Shown: positions 17,535-29,338, counted from the first letter of the stretch. The stretch: DNA of 64,000 nt from an uncultured Burkholderiales bacterium (GCA_964445085.1 CAYUJV010000001.1:812-64811); one strand, 5' to 3'. Translations and numbers: made by a program. The notes: generated by a model from the letters alone, not told the origin.

Positions 17535-17615
17535 CCCTCACCCTCGTTCCCTCTCCCCGAGGGAGAGGCAGGGATAAGCCCCCCGCCCCCTGGGAGAAGG
17601 GTTGGGGCGAGGACG
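17535..17615. repeat. GC-rich REP-like element (single copy in this window)
   Basis: CCTCTCCC-cga-GGGAGAGG hairpin (17550-17568) followed by GGGAGAAGGGTTGGGGCGAGG. Recalls a widespread proteobacterial intergenic repeat. Confidence 0.35.
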
Positions 17616-17646
17616 CAGCGTTTCCCCAATTTCACAATGTCCGATC

Positions 17647-18120
17647 ATGGCCACCGACCCCTTCGGCGTAGCCCTCGGGTTTGCGACACCGCCCCTCATC
17701 GACGCCACCCTGCGCCAGGCGGCCGACGCCTACGCCGACACCGAGAAGGCCGAGTTCCTGTTGTGGACGGCGCTGAAAGCCGACGAGGACTGCCTGGGCA
17801 GCTATTTCTCGCTGTACAAGTTCTATTTCTACAAGCGCATGCTGCCGCAGGCCGAGGAAGTGGCCCTGCTCGGCCTGGAAGTCGCCGCGCGTCAGGGCGG
17901 CTTCAGTCCCGACTGGACGCAGCTGGATGGCCACTCCACCGACTGGACGCGCGTGGACGCGCCGCAACACTTCTATCTGTTCACCCTCAAGGCGCTCGCC
18001 TTCATGCGCCTGCGCCTGGGACGGGCGCAGGAGAGCCACGAACTGCTGGCGAAACTGGAGGAGCTCGATCCCCGCGACAGCGTGGGCGCTTCGGTGATTC
18101 GGGATCTGGCCGCCGCCTGA
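17647..18120 (+). CDS. nif-associated TPR-like protein, paralog 1
   Basis: Shares LY[KR]FYFYK, FYLFTLKA, MRLGR and ELDP blocks with the gene at 40666..41232. Internal ATG of ORF 17602..18120. Confidence 0.7.
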   Translation: MATDPFGVALGFATPPLIDATLRQAADAYADTEKAEFLLWTALKADEDCLGSYFSLYKFYFYKRMLPQAEEVALLGLEVAARQGGFSPDWTQLDGHSTDWTRVDAPQHFYLFTLKALAFMRLRLGRAQESHELLAKLEELDPRDSVGASVIRDLAAA

Positions 18121-18124
18121 CGGT

Positions 18125-18742
18125 TCACGCCCCGGTCACGGCCTTTGTGATGAGGGGCACCAGCGGCTCGGGCAGCCGGATCTTGCCGCTGAGCGCGAAT
18201 TGATGGGCACGCTCCGACATCTTCTTCCACGTCTTGCGGATGATGTCCAGCCACTTTTCCTCGCTGTAATCGGGCTTCTGGCCGGCGAACTCCAGCATGT
18301 AGTGTTCGATGAAGACGAGGTCCACCACGTCCTCCATCAGCTGGGTCTCCGGGTTCAGCTTGAGGGCCTTCTTGCCGATGATGGTCCGCACCCGCTCGAT
18401 CATGTCGTGGTCGTACCCCACCTCCTGCATGAGCCGTGCCGCCGTCTCGGCGTGGTACTTGTAGAGCCCCGTGCGCCACTGCAGGTAGCCGTTCCGATCC
18501 ATGGGGTAACTGTCCCGCGGCACCTTCCAGCGCTCGATATGCTGGGCACGGCACGCCAGCTGCACCGCTTCCGAGGCATCCGGCGCGTAACGCTGGAGCA
18601 TTTCCGTCATGCGCCGGGCATAGAGCAGCTCGCGCGGCACCGGCTGCCCGTTCTCGTCGTCCTGGCGCGGGTCCAGCGCATTGGCGGCGTCGAAAAGCGC
18701 GATGGCCTTGTTGAAACGGGTGGGGTCGGAAATCGTTGTCAT
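18125..18742 (-). CDS. DUF4202 domain protein
   Basis: MTTISDPTRFNKAIALFDAANALDP...LLYARRMTEMLQRYAPDASEAVQLACRAQHIERWKVPR. Internal ATG of ORF 18125..19552. Confidence 0.7.
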   Translation of the reverse strand: MTTISDPTRFNKAIALFDAANALDPRQDDENGQPVPRELLYARRMTEMLQRYAPDASEAVQLACRAQHIERWKVPRDSYPMDRNGYLQWRTGLYKYHAETAARLMQEVGYDHDMIERVRTIIGKKALKLNPETQLMEDVVDLVFIEHYMLEFAGQKPDYSEEKWLDIIRKTWKKMSERAHQFALSGKIRLPEPLVPLITKAVTGA

Positions 18743-18903
18743 GGGGCATCTCCTAACACGGGACGCCATTATAGCGGCGGCGCGCCCGCCGCGCCCCCGG
18801 CCCGGAACGGGCGAGCGCCGGTGCCGGGCGCAAGCCCGCTCCGACGATGGCCGTAGCCGACAGCGGCCTGATGCCCCGCCTTCGGCCAAGCTGGGCAGCG
18901 CGG

Positions 18904-19545
18904 CTAGACGGCTTCCACCGCCGGCGCCGCCCGGCCGCTGGCCAGCGACAGGGCACCCAGTCCCGTGGCATCTTCCGGGCCGAAGCACTTGTGGTAGTCG
19001 TCGCACACCTGGCAGCTCGGCGCCTTGCACAGATTCACCTCGGCCCGGTCGCACAGCTGCTTGTAGAAGAACTTCTTCCACTTCATGTTGCCGACGTTCT
19101 TGTCGTGCAGGGTGGTGAAGTTGTTGCGCAGGATGTCGGACAGCGCCTGCCGCCCCGTAAGGCCCATGTCCTGCCACAGGTGGTTGCTGCCCATGCAGCC
19201 GGTGGCGATGGCATAGGCCAGCCAGGTCACCTCGTCGCGGTCGCTGGCACGGTGTTCCAGCAACAGGGCCACCAGATCCTGGATCTCGTCCTCGCGGAAC
19301 GCGGGACAGGAAGCCTGATCGTCTGCCAAGTCCCCTGTCATGAACAGCGCCTGCGTGGCGCCGGGGAAGTAGCGGTCGAGCAGGCAGCCGAACTGGGTTT
19401 CGGTCAGCCCGAAAAAGAATGCCGGAAAAACCCCCTGGGCGAAGGCAGTCCTGACGGCCCCTGCAAACGCCTGGGTCAACACATCGTCGGGCCGGGCGGC
19501 GTAGGCCATCAGCTGCTCGTGGCTCACCGGAACGTGCGCATCCAT
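18904..19545 (-). CDS. nifQ: nitrogen fixation protein NifQ (Mo processing)
   Basis: C-terminal CKAPSCQVCDDYHKC motif (Cx4Cx2Cx5C) and the NifQ-type block MKWKKFFYKQLC. Confidence 0.85.
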   Translation of the reverse strand: MDAHVPVSHEQLMAYAARPDDVLTQAFAGAVRTAFAQGVFPAFFFGLTETQFGCLLDRYFPGATQALFMTGDLADDQASCPAFREDEIQDLVALLLEHRASDRDEVTWLAYAIATGCMGSNHLWQDMGLTGRQALSDILRNNFTTLHDKNVGNMKWKKFFYKQLCDRAEVNLCKAPSCQVCDDYHKCFGPEDATGLGALSLASGRAAPAVEAV

Positions 19546-19561
19546 GCTGCATCCCCTTCGT

Positions 19562-19876
19562 TCATTCCGCGGGCATTGCCGCGTGCGTGTAGCAATCCTT
19601 CGGGCAGATCTTGGAGCACGCCTCGCAGCCGACACAGTTCATCTGGTTGGCGATGGTCATGACCTTGCGCTCGTATTCCTCGTCGTCGTCATCGTCGCTG
19701 CCGAGCTGCACCGGGATGAATTCGCCGTCCTCGGTCACTCCGACGAGTTGCAGCACGTCGCGGCCGCACACCCGGAAACAGCGGCCGCAGCCGATGCACT
19801 TCTCCTGATTGATCGCCCCGACAAATTTTGGCGTCCAGCTGCGCCCGTCGGGCATGGTGACAGTGACGAAGGCCAT
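19562..19876 (-). CDS. fdxB: nif-specific ferredoxin III (FdxB type, 2x[4Fe-4S])
   Basis: [14 protein letters not shown] ... acidic DDDDDEE linker ... [15 protein letters not shown]. Confidence 0.85.
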   Translation of the reverse strand: MAFVTVTMPDGRSWTPKFVGAINQEKCIGCGRCFRVCGRDVLQLVGVTEDGEFIPVQLGSDDDDDEEYERKVMTIANQMNCVGCEACSKICPKDCYTHAAMPAE

Positions 19877-19886
19877 GACGGTTCCC

Positions 19887-20204
19887 CTAGCCAGCCGCCG
19901 CCAGCTTCTTGCGCGCCGCTTCCAGATTCTGGAAGGCGACCACCGTGGCCTGGGCCACCTCCATGACCTTCTCCAGACCCACCGGCAGTTCCTCGGACAG
20001 GTCGTGCAGGGCCATGCGCGCTTCCATGGCCCGCGCGTTGAGCTTCTTCACCTCGGCCTTGAGGGCTTCCTTGTCTTCCATATCCGCCTTTCCTTCAGAT
20101 TTCCCTGCAATATCGGCGAGCAGTGCCTCGATTTCCTCGCCTTCGATGATGTCCAGCCAGTGAGGCACATCCACTTCCATGTCACGCTCAAGAACGATCG
20201 CCAT
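19887..20204 (-). CDS. Rop-like DUF683 nitrogen-fixation protein
   Basis: [26 protein letters not shown] is the DUF683-type helical hairpin, in the usual position after the DUF269 gene. Confidence 0.7.
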   Translation of the reverse strand: MAIVLERDMEVDVPHWLDIIEGEEIEALLADIAGKSEGKADMEDKEALKAEVKKLNARAMEARMALHDLSEELPVGLEKVMEVAQATVVAFQNLEAARKKLAAAG

Positions 20205-20232
20205 GACTTACTCCTTTCGACTCCATGCGGTG

Positions 20233-20706
20233 TCATCCATATCTGGCCGCGTCCGGGAACTGCTCGATCATCGCGATCCCCGCCGCCACCTGCTTCTCCC
20301 CTTCTGCCGCGAGTTTCTCCATGCTCTCGAAGCCAAAGCGATGAACATCCCGCAGCTGCTTGTTGACCACCACCAGCCGACCCGCCAGCAGCACCATGCG
20401 GCCAAAGCCTTCGTGGTGCATCTTCAGCATCGGCGACACCATGATGCCGGTGGCGCGCTCGATGGCGAGGCCGATGGCGTTGTAGAACAGCTCCAGCCGC
20501 CACAAGGTCTCCGGGTCGGGGTCGCCGATGATGGGCATTTCCCGGCGCTGCTCCCTGGTGATGATGTAGGGTTCCAGCAGCTTGGCATCGCTCTTGCCTT
20601 CCCACGCGCCGTGGGCGTCCTGGGCGCGCCACTGCTTGATCAGTTCCTTGACGAACACCGACTCCATCGGGTCGGCTTCGACGACTGCGGCTTCGGTGCT
20701 GCCCAT
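20233..20706 (-). CDS. NifX-associated nitrogen fixation protein (DUF269)
   Basis: [27 protein letters not shown]...[36 protein letters not shown]. Confidence 0.85.
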   Translation of the reverse strand: MGSTEAAVVEADPMESVFVKELIKQWRAQDAHGAWEGKSDAKLLEPYIITREQRREMPIIGDPDPETLWRLELFYNAIGLAIERATGIMVSPMLKMHHEGFGRMVLLAGRLVVVNKQLRDVHRFGFESMEKLAAEGEKQVAAGIAMIEQFPDAARYG

Positions 20707-20708
20707 GT

Positions 20709-21113
20709 TCAGACCTCTTCTTCCTCGAAATCGAATGTCTTTTCCTGGCCCTTCTGGATCGCCTTGCGCAGCCAGGGCGGCGGCGTGCCCTTCAGCACGT
20801 CCTGCAGCTTGACCAGGATCTCGTCGATGGCTTCCGGCTGCTGGACCTTGATGGGGTGGATGTTGTGGGCCACCACCCGTGCCGCGCCGGAGCCGCCGAT
20901 CGCCGCCACATACAGAATGGCGCAGTCCTTGATCGCCTCCAGCTTGGGGGCCAGCTTGTCCTCGTTGCCGTCTTCCTGGAGGTCGCCGTCGAACTGGATC
21001 GCCTCGACGAAGCGCGAGTCGCCGGACGACACATCGTAGATGGCGATGTTCTTCGCCCAGCCAAAGTGGGCATCCACCCGCTTCATGTCCTGTGTGCAGA
21101 ATGCGACTTTCAT
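20709..21113 (-). CDS. nifX: FeMo-cofactor precursor carrier NifX
   Basis: [28 protein letters not shown]. Internal ATG of ORF 20709..21182, 2 nt before the DUF269 gene start. Confidence 0.85.
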   Translation of the reverse strand: MKVAFCTQDMKRVDAHFGWAKNIAIYDVSSGDSRFVEAIQFDGDLQEDGNEDKLAPKLEAIKDCAILYVAAIGGSGAARVVAHNIHPIKVQQPEAIDEILVKLQDVLKGTPPPWLRKAIQKGQEKTFDFEEEEV

Positions 21114-21150
21114 ATAGCCTCCGTTCAAGAAACTTTCACCCGTGCCGCTC

Positions 21151-22518
21151 TCAATGAGCCGCAGCCGACGCACAACTTCCACATGCCGCTCCCTCGGTTT
21201 CCGTCCTGCGCCAGTCGTCCGGCCCCGGCTCGTGGGCCTCGGCCATGAAGATGTTGGCGACCTGGAACAGCAGGTCGCGCGTGCCGCGGTAGCCGGCCGT
21301 CACCTGGTGCGCCGCGCCCAGGCGGTCGAACATGGGAATGCCCATGCGCAGGAAGGGAATGCCCAGGCGTTCTGCCATCTGCCGCCCGTGGGAATGCGTG
21401 ATCAGCAGGTCGCAGTCCTGCGATCGGTTTTCCAGATCCTCCAGGTCGCCGATCAGGACTTCCTGCGCCGGCAGTTTTTCCAAAATCGGGGATTGCGTGG
21501 TGGTCACCACGGCCGCGAGTTCCGCGCCCATGCCCGCGAGGAGGTTGCCGACGCCCCACAAGAGATCGGGCTCGGCGCCGATGGCGATCTTCCTGCCGCC
21601 GATGTGGAAGTGCGCGTCGAGCATGGCGTCCACCAGCTGGCTGCGCTGCCGGCGGTACTTATTCGGCGCCGGGCGGCCGGATTTCTCCGCCAGCAGGCTC
21701 ATCAGACGGTCGCAGGCGTCAAGGCCGGTCAGGGTTTCGAGCACCTCGAAAGGCACGCCGCATTTGTCGTTCAGCACCTGCGCCGCCTCGCGCATGTGTT
21801 CGCCGATGGCTACGCTGAATTCGGAGGCACCGGTGTTGCGCAGTTCGCTCAGCGTGGTGCCGCCCAGCGTGGTCGGGCTGAAGTTGTCGGGCACGTGGCC
21901 GTCCATGGAGCCGGAGAGGTCGGGCAGGATGATGGGCTTGAAGCCGAAGGCTTCCACGATCTCCCGCACTTCCTCGATGTCGCCGGGGGTGAGCTGGCTG
22001 CCGGCGAGCACGTTCACCTGCCCGGCGATTTTTGGGCCGGGCTCGGCCAGTTCCTTCACCAGCTTGGCCACCGCCTTGGCCCAGCCGTCCTGAAAGGCGC
22101 CGACGTAATCCGGAGTGGAGACGTACACCACCCCGAGTTCGGCCAGCTCGGGATGTTTTTGGCGGATGATTTGGAGGTAACCGTCCACATCGTCGCCCTT
22201 GGTCTCGGTCAGGCCCGTCGAGGCGATGCCGATGATGGCCGGCTTGGCGCGCTTGTGGATGTTGAGGATGGCCTGCTCCACGTTGTCCATGCCGCCCATG
22301 ATGGTGGTGGCCTCGTTCATGGCCGTGGTCTGCATCGGCACCGCCTCCTTGAAGTGGCGCACGAACAGCACCAGGCCGAAGGCAGTGCAGCCCTGGGAGC
22401 CGTGCAGTGTCGGCATGCAGTTGTCCAGGCCCATGAAGGCCAGGGCGGCGCCAATGGGTGCGCTCATCTTGAGCGGGTTGACTGCACAACTTTTCTTTAC
22501 ATGAGTCACTGTGGCCAT
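21151..22518 (-). CDS. nifN: nitrogenase MoFe cofactor biosynthesis protein NifN
   Basis: KSCAVNPLKMSAPIGAALAFMGLDNCMPTLHGSQGCTAF. Internal ATG of ORF 21151..22578. Confidence 0.9.
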   Translation of the reverse strand: MATVTHVKKSCAVNPLKMSAPIGAALAFMGLDNCMPTLHGSQGCTAFGLVLFVRHFKEAVPMQTTAMNEATTIMGGMDNVEQAILNIHKRAKPAIIGIASTGLTETKGDDVDGYLQIIRQKHPELAELGVVYVSTPDYVGAFQDGWAKAVAKLVKELAEPGPKIAGQVNVLAGSQLTPGDIEEVREIVEAFGFKPIILPDLSGSMDGHVPDNFSPTTLGGTTLSELRNTGASEFSVAIGEHMREAAQVLNDKCGVPFEVLETLTGLDACDRLMSLLAEKSGRPAPNKYRRQRSQLVDAMLDAHFHIGGRKIAIGAEPDLLWGVGNLLAGMGAELAAVVTTTQSPILEKLPAQEVLIGDLEDLENRSQDCDLLITHSHGRQMAERLGIPFLRMGIPMFDRLGAAHQVTAGYRGTRDLLFQVANIFMAEAHEPGPDDWRRTETEGAACGSCASAAAH

Positions 22519-22532
22519 TTCGTTCTTTCCGA

Positions 22533-22608
22533 GCTGGTAGGGAGTGGCTTGTAGCTCGATGTCGCGCTTCGCGCGCACCTTAAAGGCTACTGGCTGCCAG
22601 CTACACGC
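22533..22608. repeat. palindromic REP-like element, family 1, copy C, inside the nifE-nifN intercistronic gap
   Basis: GCTGGTAGGGAGTGGCTTGTAGC ... GTCGCGCTTCGCGCGCA ... GGCTACTGGCTGCCAGCTACACGC. The right arm touches the nifE stop codon. Confidence 0.65.
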
Positions 22609-23992
22609 TAACCAGATCCCACGGTGCCGGCTTGCGCACCTGTTCCCACATCGGGTTGTACAGCGCCTTGTCGATCTCCCGCACCAGGTTCACCATGCCG
22701 CTGTAGCCGGCATAGGCGTGGTGGCGTTCCTGGTTGATGTCGAGCCAGGGCATCTTGGCCTTGAGCGCGACGAACTGGGAACGGCCGCCGGAAAGCATGA
22801 TGTCGGCCTGCGCATCCTTGAGCATCCTGTACATCTCGCGCGGGGTCATGTCGTCGATCATGTGGGCGTCCTCGCCCATCAGTTCCTTGATCTTCTGCTT
22901 GTCCTCCAGGGTGGACTTCTTCACGCTGGTGCCGACGATCTCCATGCCCACTTCCTGCAGCGCGGACACCACCGACCAGGATTTCACGCCACCGGTGATG
23001 AGCAGCACCTTCACGCCCTTGAGGCGCTCCTTGTAGGGTTCCATCTGCGTCCAGAACCCGGCTTCCTCGCGCCGGATGATGGCTTCGGTGCGATCCAGCA
23101 GATCGGCCGGCGCGCCCTTTTCCACCAGCAGCCTGGCGATGTTGCGCAAGCTGTCGCTCATGTCGGAAATACCGTAGAACGAGCCCTCGAAGAATGGAAT
23201 CTGATAGCGCTCGTCCATCTTGCGGGCGATGTTGATCATTGCCTTGGAGCACACCATCATCGCGGCCTTGGCGCGATGGCTGTAGGCAACCTCCTTGTAC
23301 TTCGCGTCGCCGGAGATGCAGGACAGGATGCGCACGCCCATTTCGTCGAGCAGCGGCTTCACCTGCCACAGCTCCCCCGCGAGGTTGTACTCGCCGATGA
23401 TGTTGATGTCGTAGGGCGTCGTGGTCTCGGGCTCTTCGGTGCCGATGACGTAGTCGAGCAGCGCCTCGCCGGCGAGCTTGTTGCCGAGGTTCTTGTTGCC
23501 GACGAAGCCGGGCGCATTCACCGGAATCACCGGCTTGCCGAATTTCGCGCTGGCGGCCTTGCACACCGCCTCGATGTCGTCGCCGATCAACGCGGTGACG
23601 CAGGTCTGGTAGACGAAGATGGCGGGCGGGTCGTACTTGTCGACGATCTCCTTCACCGACTTGAACAGGCGCTTCTCGCCGCCGTAGACCACGTCGAGCT
23701 CGTTGATGTCGGTGGTGAAGCCGGTGCGGTAGAGGCGTGAGCCGGAGGACTTGGCGCCGCGGTTGTCCCAAGAGTTGCCTTCGCAGGCGATGGGGCCGTG
23801 CACCAGGTGCGCGACGTCGGTGATGGGCTGCAGCGCGATCTTTGCGCCGTCGAAGGCGCAGCCACCGGCGGCCGCGCCGGGCGCAAGCTGCTTGGTGCAA
23901 CCCTTCTTGCGATCCTTCTCCGACTTTGCCTGATTCTTGCCGCAGGCGGGTTCGTCGAAGACTTCCTGAACCTTTTTCGACAGTGCATCCAT
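22601..23992 (-). CDS. nifE: nitrogenase MoFe cofactor biosynthesis protein NifE
   Basis: GGCAFDGAKIALQPITDVAHLVHGPIACEGNSWDNRG; 463 aa. Confidence 0.92.
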   Translation of the reverse strand: MDALSKKVQEVFDEPACGKNQAKSEKDRKKGCTKQLAPGAAAGGCAFDGAKIALQPITDVAHLVHGPIACEGNSWDNRGAKSSGSRLYRTGFTTDINELDVVYGGEKRLFKSVKEIVDKYDPPAIFVYQTCVTALIGDDIEAVCKAASAKFGKPVIPVNAPGFVGNKNLGNKLAGEALLDYVIGTEEPETTTPYDINIIGEYNLAGELWQVKPLLDEMGVRILSCISGDAKYKEVAYSHRAKAAMMVCSKAMINIARKMDERYQIPFFEGSFYGISDMSDSLRNIARLLVEKGAPADLLDRTEAIIRREEAGFWTQMEPYKERLKGVKVLLITGGVKSWSVVSALQEVGMEIVGTSVKKSTLEDKQKIKELMGEDAHMIDDMTPREMYRMLKDAQADIMLSGGRSQFVALKAKMPWLDINQERHHAYAGYSGMVNLVREIDKALYNPMWEQVRKPAPWDLVSV

Positions 23993-24014
23993 GACCGCTC
24001 TCCGTCAGGAACCT

Positions 24015-24365
24015 TCAGAAGGCCACGAGGATCGGTTCGTCCCCGACCACGTATTGGCAGGCAAGGCGCCACAAGGGCGGCACGTCAGCGAGGACATCCG
24101 TTTCGTACTGTTGGCGCGAAATCTTGCCGCGCTTGAGAAGTGCGCGCTTTTCCCGGCCGCTCAGGGTTACGCGCCGGGCGCCCGGCCGCCCGGGCCTGGG
24201 CAGCACCTTGACGGCGCAGCTTCCGCACCTGCCCTCTTCGCACCGGCAGTAGCCGGGAATGCGAAACTCGCGCATCAGGCTCAGCAAGGTCCGCCGCTGG
24301 GCCGGGTCCACGTTCACCGTGTACCGGTCCGGCAGCTTCAGCGTCAAGAACGTCACTTCTGCCAT
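24015..24365 (-). CDS. plant-type [2Fe-2S] ferredoxin-like protein between nifK and nifE
   Basis: CEEGRCGSC (Cx4Cx2C) plus a distal LACQ. Confidence 0.7.
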   Translation of the reverse strand: MAEVTFLTLKLPDRYTVNVDPAQRRTLLSLMREFRIPGYCRCEEGRCGSCAVKVLPRPGRPGARRVTLSGREKRALLKRGKISRQQYETDVLADVPPLWRLACQYVVGDEPILVAF

Positions 24366-24429
24366 GGTCTCTCCCGCGTCCTGCTCCTGCTGCCGCCGGG
24401 CAGCCCGACGCCGCCCGGCCCGTACCGCC

Positions 24430-25968
24430 TTAACGAATGATGTCGTAGCTGTAGTCGGTCTTCGCCGGGACGATGGTGTTCTTGTCCATTTCGTCGAAGA
24501 TCTTGTCCAGCACCCACACCAGCACGTTCATCGCACCCTGGTAGCCCCACACCGGATAGCGGTGGTGATGGTGGCGATCGAACACCGGGAAGCCGATCCG
24601 GATCAGCGGCGTGCCGGTATCGCGCTCCAGGTACTTGCCGTAGGTGTTGCCGATGAGGAAGTCCACCGGCTCCGTGAACAGCAGGGAACGCATGTGCCAC
24701 AGGTCCTTGCCGGGGTAGGCCTTGCAGCCCTTGCCGAAGGGCGAGCTGTCGAACAGCGCCTGCATCTTCTTCTCCCAGTCGCCGTTGCCGTTGGTGGACA
24801 GCACGTGCACCGGCTCGGCGCCCAGCTCCAGCAGGAAGCCCGCCAGGCCCAGGCACAGGTCGGGGTCGCCGTAGATGGCGAACTTCTTGCCGTGGATGTG
24901 GGCGCTGGAATCGGCGATGGCGTCCACCAGGCGGCCGCGCTCCTTGGTCAAGGCCTCGGGAATGGCCTTGCCGGTGAGGCGGGAGATTTCCATCAGGAAC
25001 CTGTCGGTTGCCGCCACGCCCACCGGGTGGTTGAAGGCCACGACCTCCTGGCCCTTCTCGGCGATGTAGCCCAGGGTCTTCTCGGTGCAGAACTCCTGCA
25101 TGGAGACGGTGGCCTTGGCGTTGATCGCGGCCTTGGCGTCCTCCAGGGTGGTGCCCCCGTCGTACATGCGGAATTCGCCGTCGGCCGGGGTGTCCCACAC
25201 CTCGCTGTTGTCGGCGAGGATGGTGTGCTCGACCCCCATCAGGTCGAACATGCGCTTGATCTCGCGCAAGTTGCCCACGGTGTAGCCGTCGAAGCCACCG
25301 ATGAAGTTGATCTTCCCGTTCGGCGTGCGGTCCTTGCCCTCCCAGAAGTGGGAGACGATGCCCTTGAGCGCATTGTCGTAGCCGGTGATGTGGCTGCCGA
25401 CGAAGGCCGGGGTATGGGCGTAGGGTACGTCGAAGTCCTGCGGCACGCTGCCCTTGTTCTTGGCATTCTGGATGAAGCCGTTGAGGTCGTCGCCGATCAC
25501 CTCCGCCATGCAGGTGGTGGATACCGCGATCATCTTCGGCTTGTACATGTTGTAAGTGTTGGCCAGGCCGTCGATCATGTTGTTGAGGCCGCCAAACACC
25601 GCCGCGTCCTCGGTCATCGAGGACGACACGCAGGAGCTGGGCTCCTTGAAGTGGCGGCTGAAGTGACTGCGGTAGTAGGCGACGCAGCCCTGGGAGCCGT
25701 GCACGAAGGGCATGGTGCCCTCGAAGCCGACGGCGGCGAACACCGCGCCCAGCGGCTGGCAGGCTTTGGCGGGGTTGACCGTGAGCGAGTCGCGGGCGAA
25801 GTTCTTCTCGCGGTATTCCCAGGTCTTGGTCCACTCCCGCACTTCCTCGACCTTTTCGTCGGGGTGGGGGTTCTCGAAATTCTTCTTCTTGTTCGCGAAC
25901 ATCTCGGTGTATTCCGGTCCGCGGAACAGGTTGAAGTGGTCGATTACGTTCTCTACGTTCTGGGTCAT
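24430..25968 (-). CDS. nifK: nitrogenase MoFe protein beta chain NifK
   Basis: [39 protein letters not shown]. Internal ATG of ORF 24430..26022, with an AGGAGAAC RBS. Confidence 0.95.
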   Translation of the reverse strand: MTQNVENVIDHFNLFRGPEYTEMFANKKKNFENPHPDEKVEEVREWTKTWEYREKNFARDSLTVNPAKACQPLGAVFAAVGFEGTMPFVHGSQGCVAYYRSHFSRHFKEPSSCVSSSMTEDAAVFGGLNNMIDGLANTYNMYKPKMIAVSTTCMAEVIGDDLNGFIQNAKNKGSVPQDFDVPYAHTPAFVGSHITGYDNALKGIVSHFWEGKDRTPNGKINFIGGFDGYTVGNLREIKRMFDLMGVEHTILADNSEVWDTPADGEFRMYDGGTTLEDAKAAINAKATVSMQEFCTEKTLGYIAEKGQEVVAFNHPVGVAATDRFLMEISRLTGKAIPEALTKERGRLVDAIADSSAHIHGKKFAIYGDPDLCLGLAGFLLELGAEPVHVLSTNGNGDWEKKMQALFDSSPFGKGCKAYPGKDLWHMRSLLFTEPVDFLIGNTYGKYLERDTGTPLIRIGFPVFDRHHHHRYPVWGYQGAMNVLVWVLDKIFDEMDKNTIVPAKTDYSYDIIR

Positions 25969-26060
25969 CTTGGTTCTCCTAATTCGAGGCTGGAGGCTGG
26001 GGGCTGGAACCTGCGTGGGCAATCCGGCCCCGGCTTGCTAGCCCCTGGTTGCCTGCTTCA

Positions 26061-27512
26061 TTACTTCCAGGGCGCCTTGGTCAGGCCCCATACCGGGTTG
26101 TTGATCGCCATGTCCATGTCGCGGGCGAAGATGGCGAAGCCGTCGTAGCCGTGGTACGGACCCGAGTAGTCCCAGGAGTGCATCTGGCGGAAGGGCACGC
26201 CCATCTTCTGGAACACGTACTTTTCCTTGATGCCGGAGCCGACCAGGTCGGGCTGGATTTTCTCGACGAACTTCTCGAACTCGTAGCCGGTGACGTCGTC
26301 GTAGATCAGCGTGCCGTCTTTGACGTAGTGCGTCGTGCGCTGGTAGTCGTCGTTGTGGCCGAATTCGTAGCCGGTGCCGACGATGTTCATGCCCAGGTCC
26401 TCGTAGGCGCCGATGACGTGGCGCGGGCGCAGACCGCCCACGAAGAGCATCACCGTCTTGCCCTCCAGGCGCGGCTTGTACTTGTCGATCACCGCCTGCA
26501 TCATCGGCTGGTACTTGGCGATCACGCGCTCAGCGCCCTCCTTGATCTTGTCGTCGAAGTGGCTGGCGATCTCGCGCAGCGATGCGGCGATCTTGGTGGG
26601 GCCGAAGAAGTTGTACTCGACCCAGGGGATGCCGTACTTCTCTTCCATGTGGCGGCTGATGTAGTTCATCGAGCGGTAGCAGTGCAGCACGTTGAGCTTG
26701 GCTTTCGGCGTGTTCTCCAGCTCGGCGATGGAGCCGTCGCCGGACCACTGCGCGATCACGCGCAGGCCCATTTCCTCGAGCAGGATGCGGGACGACCAGG
26801 CGTCGCCGCCGATGTTGTAGTCGCCGATGATGGCCACGTCGTAGGGCGTGCTCTCGAAGCTGGAGGCCTTGCCGTCCTGCTTGTCGAACACCCAGTCGCG
26901 GATGGTGTCGTTGGCGACGCGGTGGCCCAGCGACTGGGACACGCCGCGGCAGCCCTCGCAGCGCACCGGCACGATGGTCTTGCCGCCGAATTCCTTGGAC
27001 TTTTTCTTCGAGACCGCTTCGATGTCGTCCCCGATGAGGCCGATGGGGCACTCGGACTGCACGGTGATGCCCTTGTTCAGCGGGAACAGGTCCTGGATCT
27101 CGTCCATGATCTTTTCCAGCTTCTTGTCGCCGCCGAAGACGATGTCCTTCTCCTGGAAGTCGGAGGTGAACTGCATGGTGACGAAGGTGTCCACGCCGGT
27201 GGTGCCGATGTAGTAGTTGCGGCGGGCCGCCCAGGAATACTGGCCGCAGCCCACCGGGCCATGGCTGATGTGGATCATGTCCTTGATCGGGCCCCACACC
27301 ACGCCCTTGGAGCCGGCATAGGCACAGCCACGGATGGTCATCACGCCGGGAATGGACTTGACGTTGGATTTGACGCCGCAATCCGGCTTGCCTTCCTCGA
27401 AGGTGCCCAGGTGCTTGGCGCGGCGCTTGGCGGTTTTTTCCGGGTACACTTCCAGCACCTCCTTGATGAGGTCCTGGTTTCTCGCTTTGACTTGCTCGAC
27501 TGTGAGGCTCAT
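26061..27512 (-). CDS. nifD: nitrogenase MoFe protein alpha chain NifD
   Basis: [37 protein letters not shown]...[12 protein letters not shown]...GVSQSLGH. Internal ATG of ORF 26061..27590. Confidence 0.95.
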   Translation of the reverse strand: MSLTVEQVKARNQDLIKEVLEVYPEKTAKRRAKHLGTFEEGKPDCGVKSNVKSIPGVMTIRGCAYAGSKGVVWGPIKDMIHISHGPVGCGQYSWAARRNYYIGTTGVDTFVTMQFTSDFQEKDIVFGGDKKLEKIMDEIQDLFPLNKGITVQSECPIGLIGDDIEAVSKKKSKEFGGKTIVPVRCEGCRGVSQSLGHRVANDTIRDWVFDKQDGKASSFESTPYDVAIIGDYNIGGDAWSSRILLEEMGLRVIAQWSGDGSIAELENTPKAKLNVLHCYRSMNYISRHMEEKYGIPWVEYNFFGPTKIAASLREIASHFDDKIKEGAERVIAKYQPMMQAVIDKYKPRLEGKTVMLFVGGLRPRHVIGAYEDLGMNIVGTGYEFGHNDDYQRTTHYVKDGTLIYDDVTGYEFEKFVEKIQPDLVGSGIKEKYVFQKMGVPFRQMHSWDYSGPYHGYDGFAIFARDMDMAINNPVWGLTKAPWK

Positions 27513-27611
27513 TTCGCCCTCCTGGTTGGTGTGAACGTAAAACCGGTTTTCCGGTGGCCGGGAAAACTCTGCGAACGGCACCGCCCCCATGACGGGCGAC
27601 CATGCCCTTGG

Positions 27612-27656
27612 CAGAGGTTTCCCTCTGGCCGTCGCCGCCGCGCACGGCGGCGACGG
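27612..27656 (-). promoter_or_regulatory. two stem-loops in the nifH-nifD intercistronic region
   Basis: CAGAGG-tttcc-CCTCTG (27612-27628) and a perfect 11-bp stem CCGTCGCCGCC-gcgcac-GGCGGCGACGG (27629-27656), right after the nifH stop. Confidence 0.5.
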
Positions 27657-27664
27657 AACCTTGC

Positions 27665-29309
<1,645 letters not shown>

Positions 29310-29338
29310 GTCGGCCCTTGCGTGTCGATTCCATCGAA

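Noticed and set aside
5667-22608. The dispersed repeats as a CRISPR array or as insertion-sequence ends.
   Set aside because: The copies are kilobases apart, individually palindromic and have no regular spacer architecture. No cas gene, transposase or integrase is present in the window.
23993-24430. A separate sigma54 promoter for nifENX inside or around the small ferredoxin gene.
   Set aside because: No GG-N10-GC element with a TTGC -12 box, and no TGT-N10-ACA at suitable spacing, was found by eye on the minus strand. nifENX is provisionally treated as co-transcribed with nifHDK.
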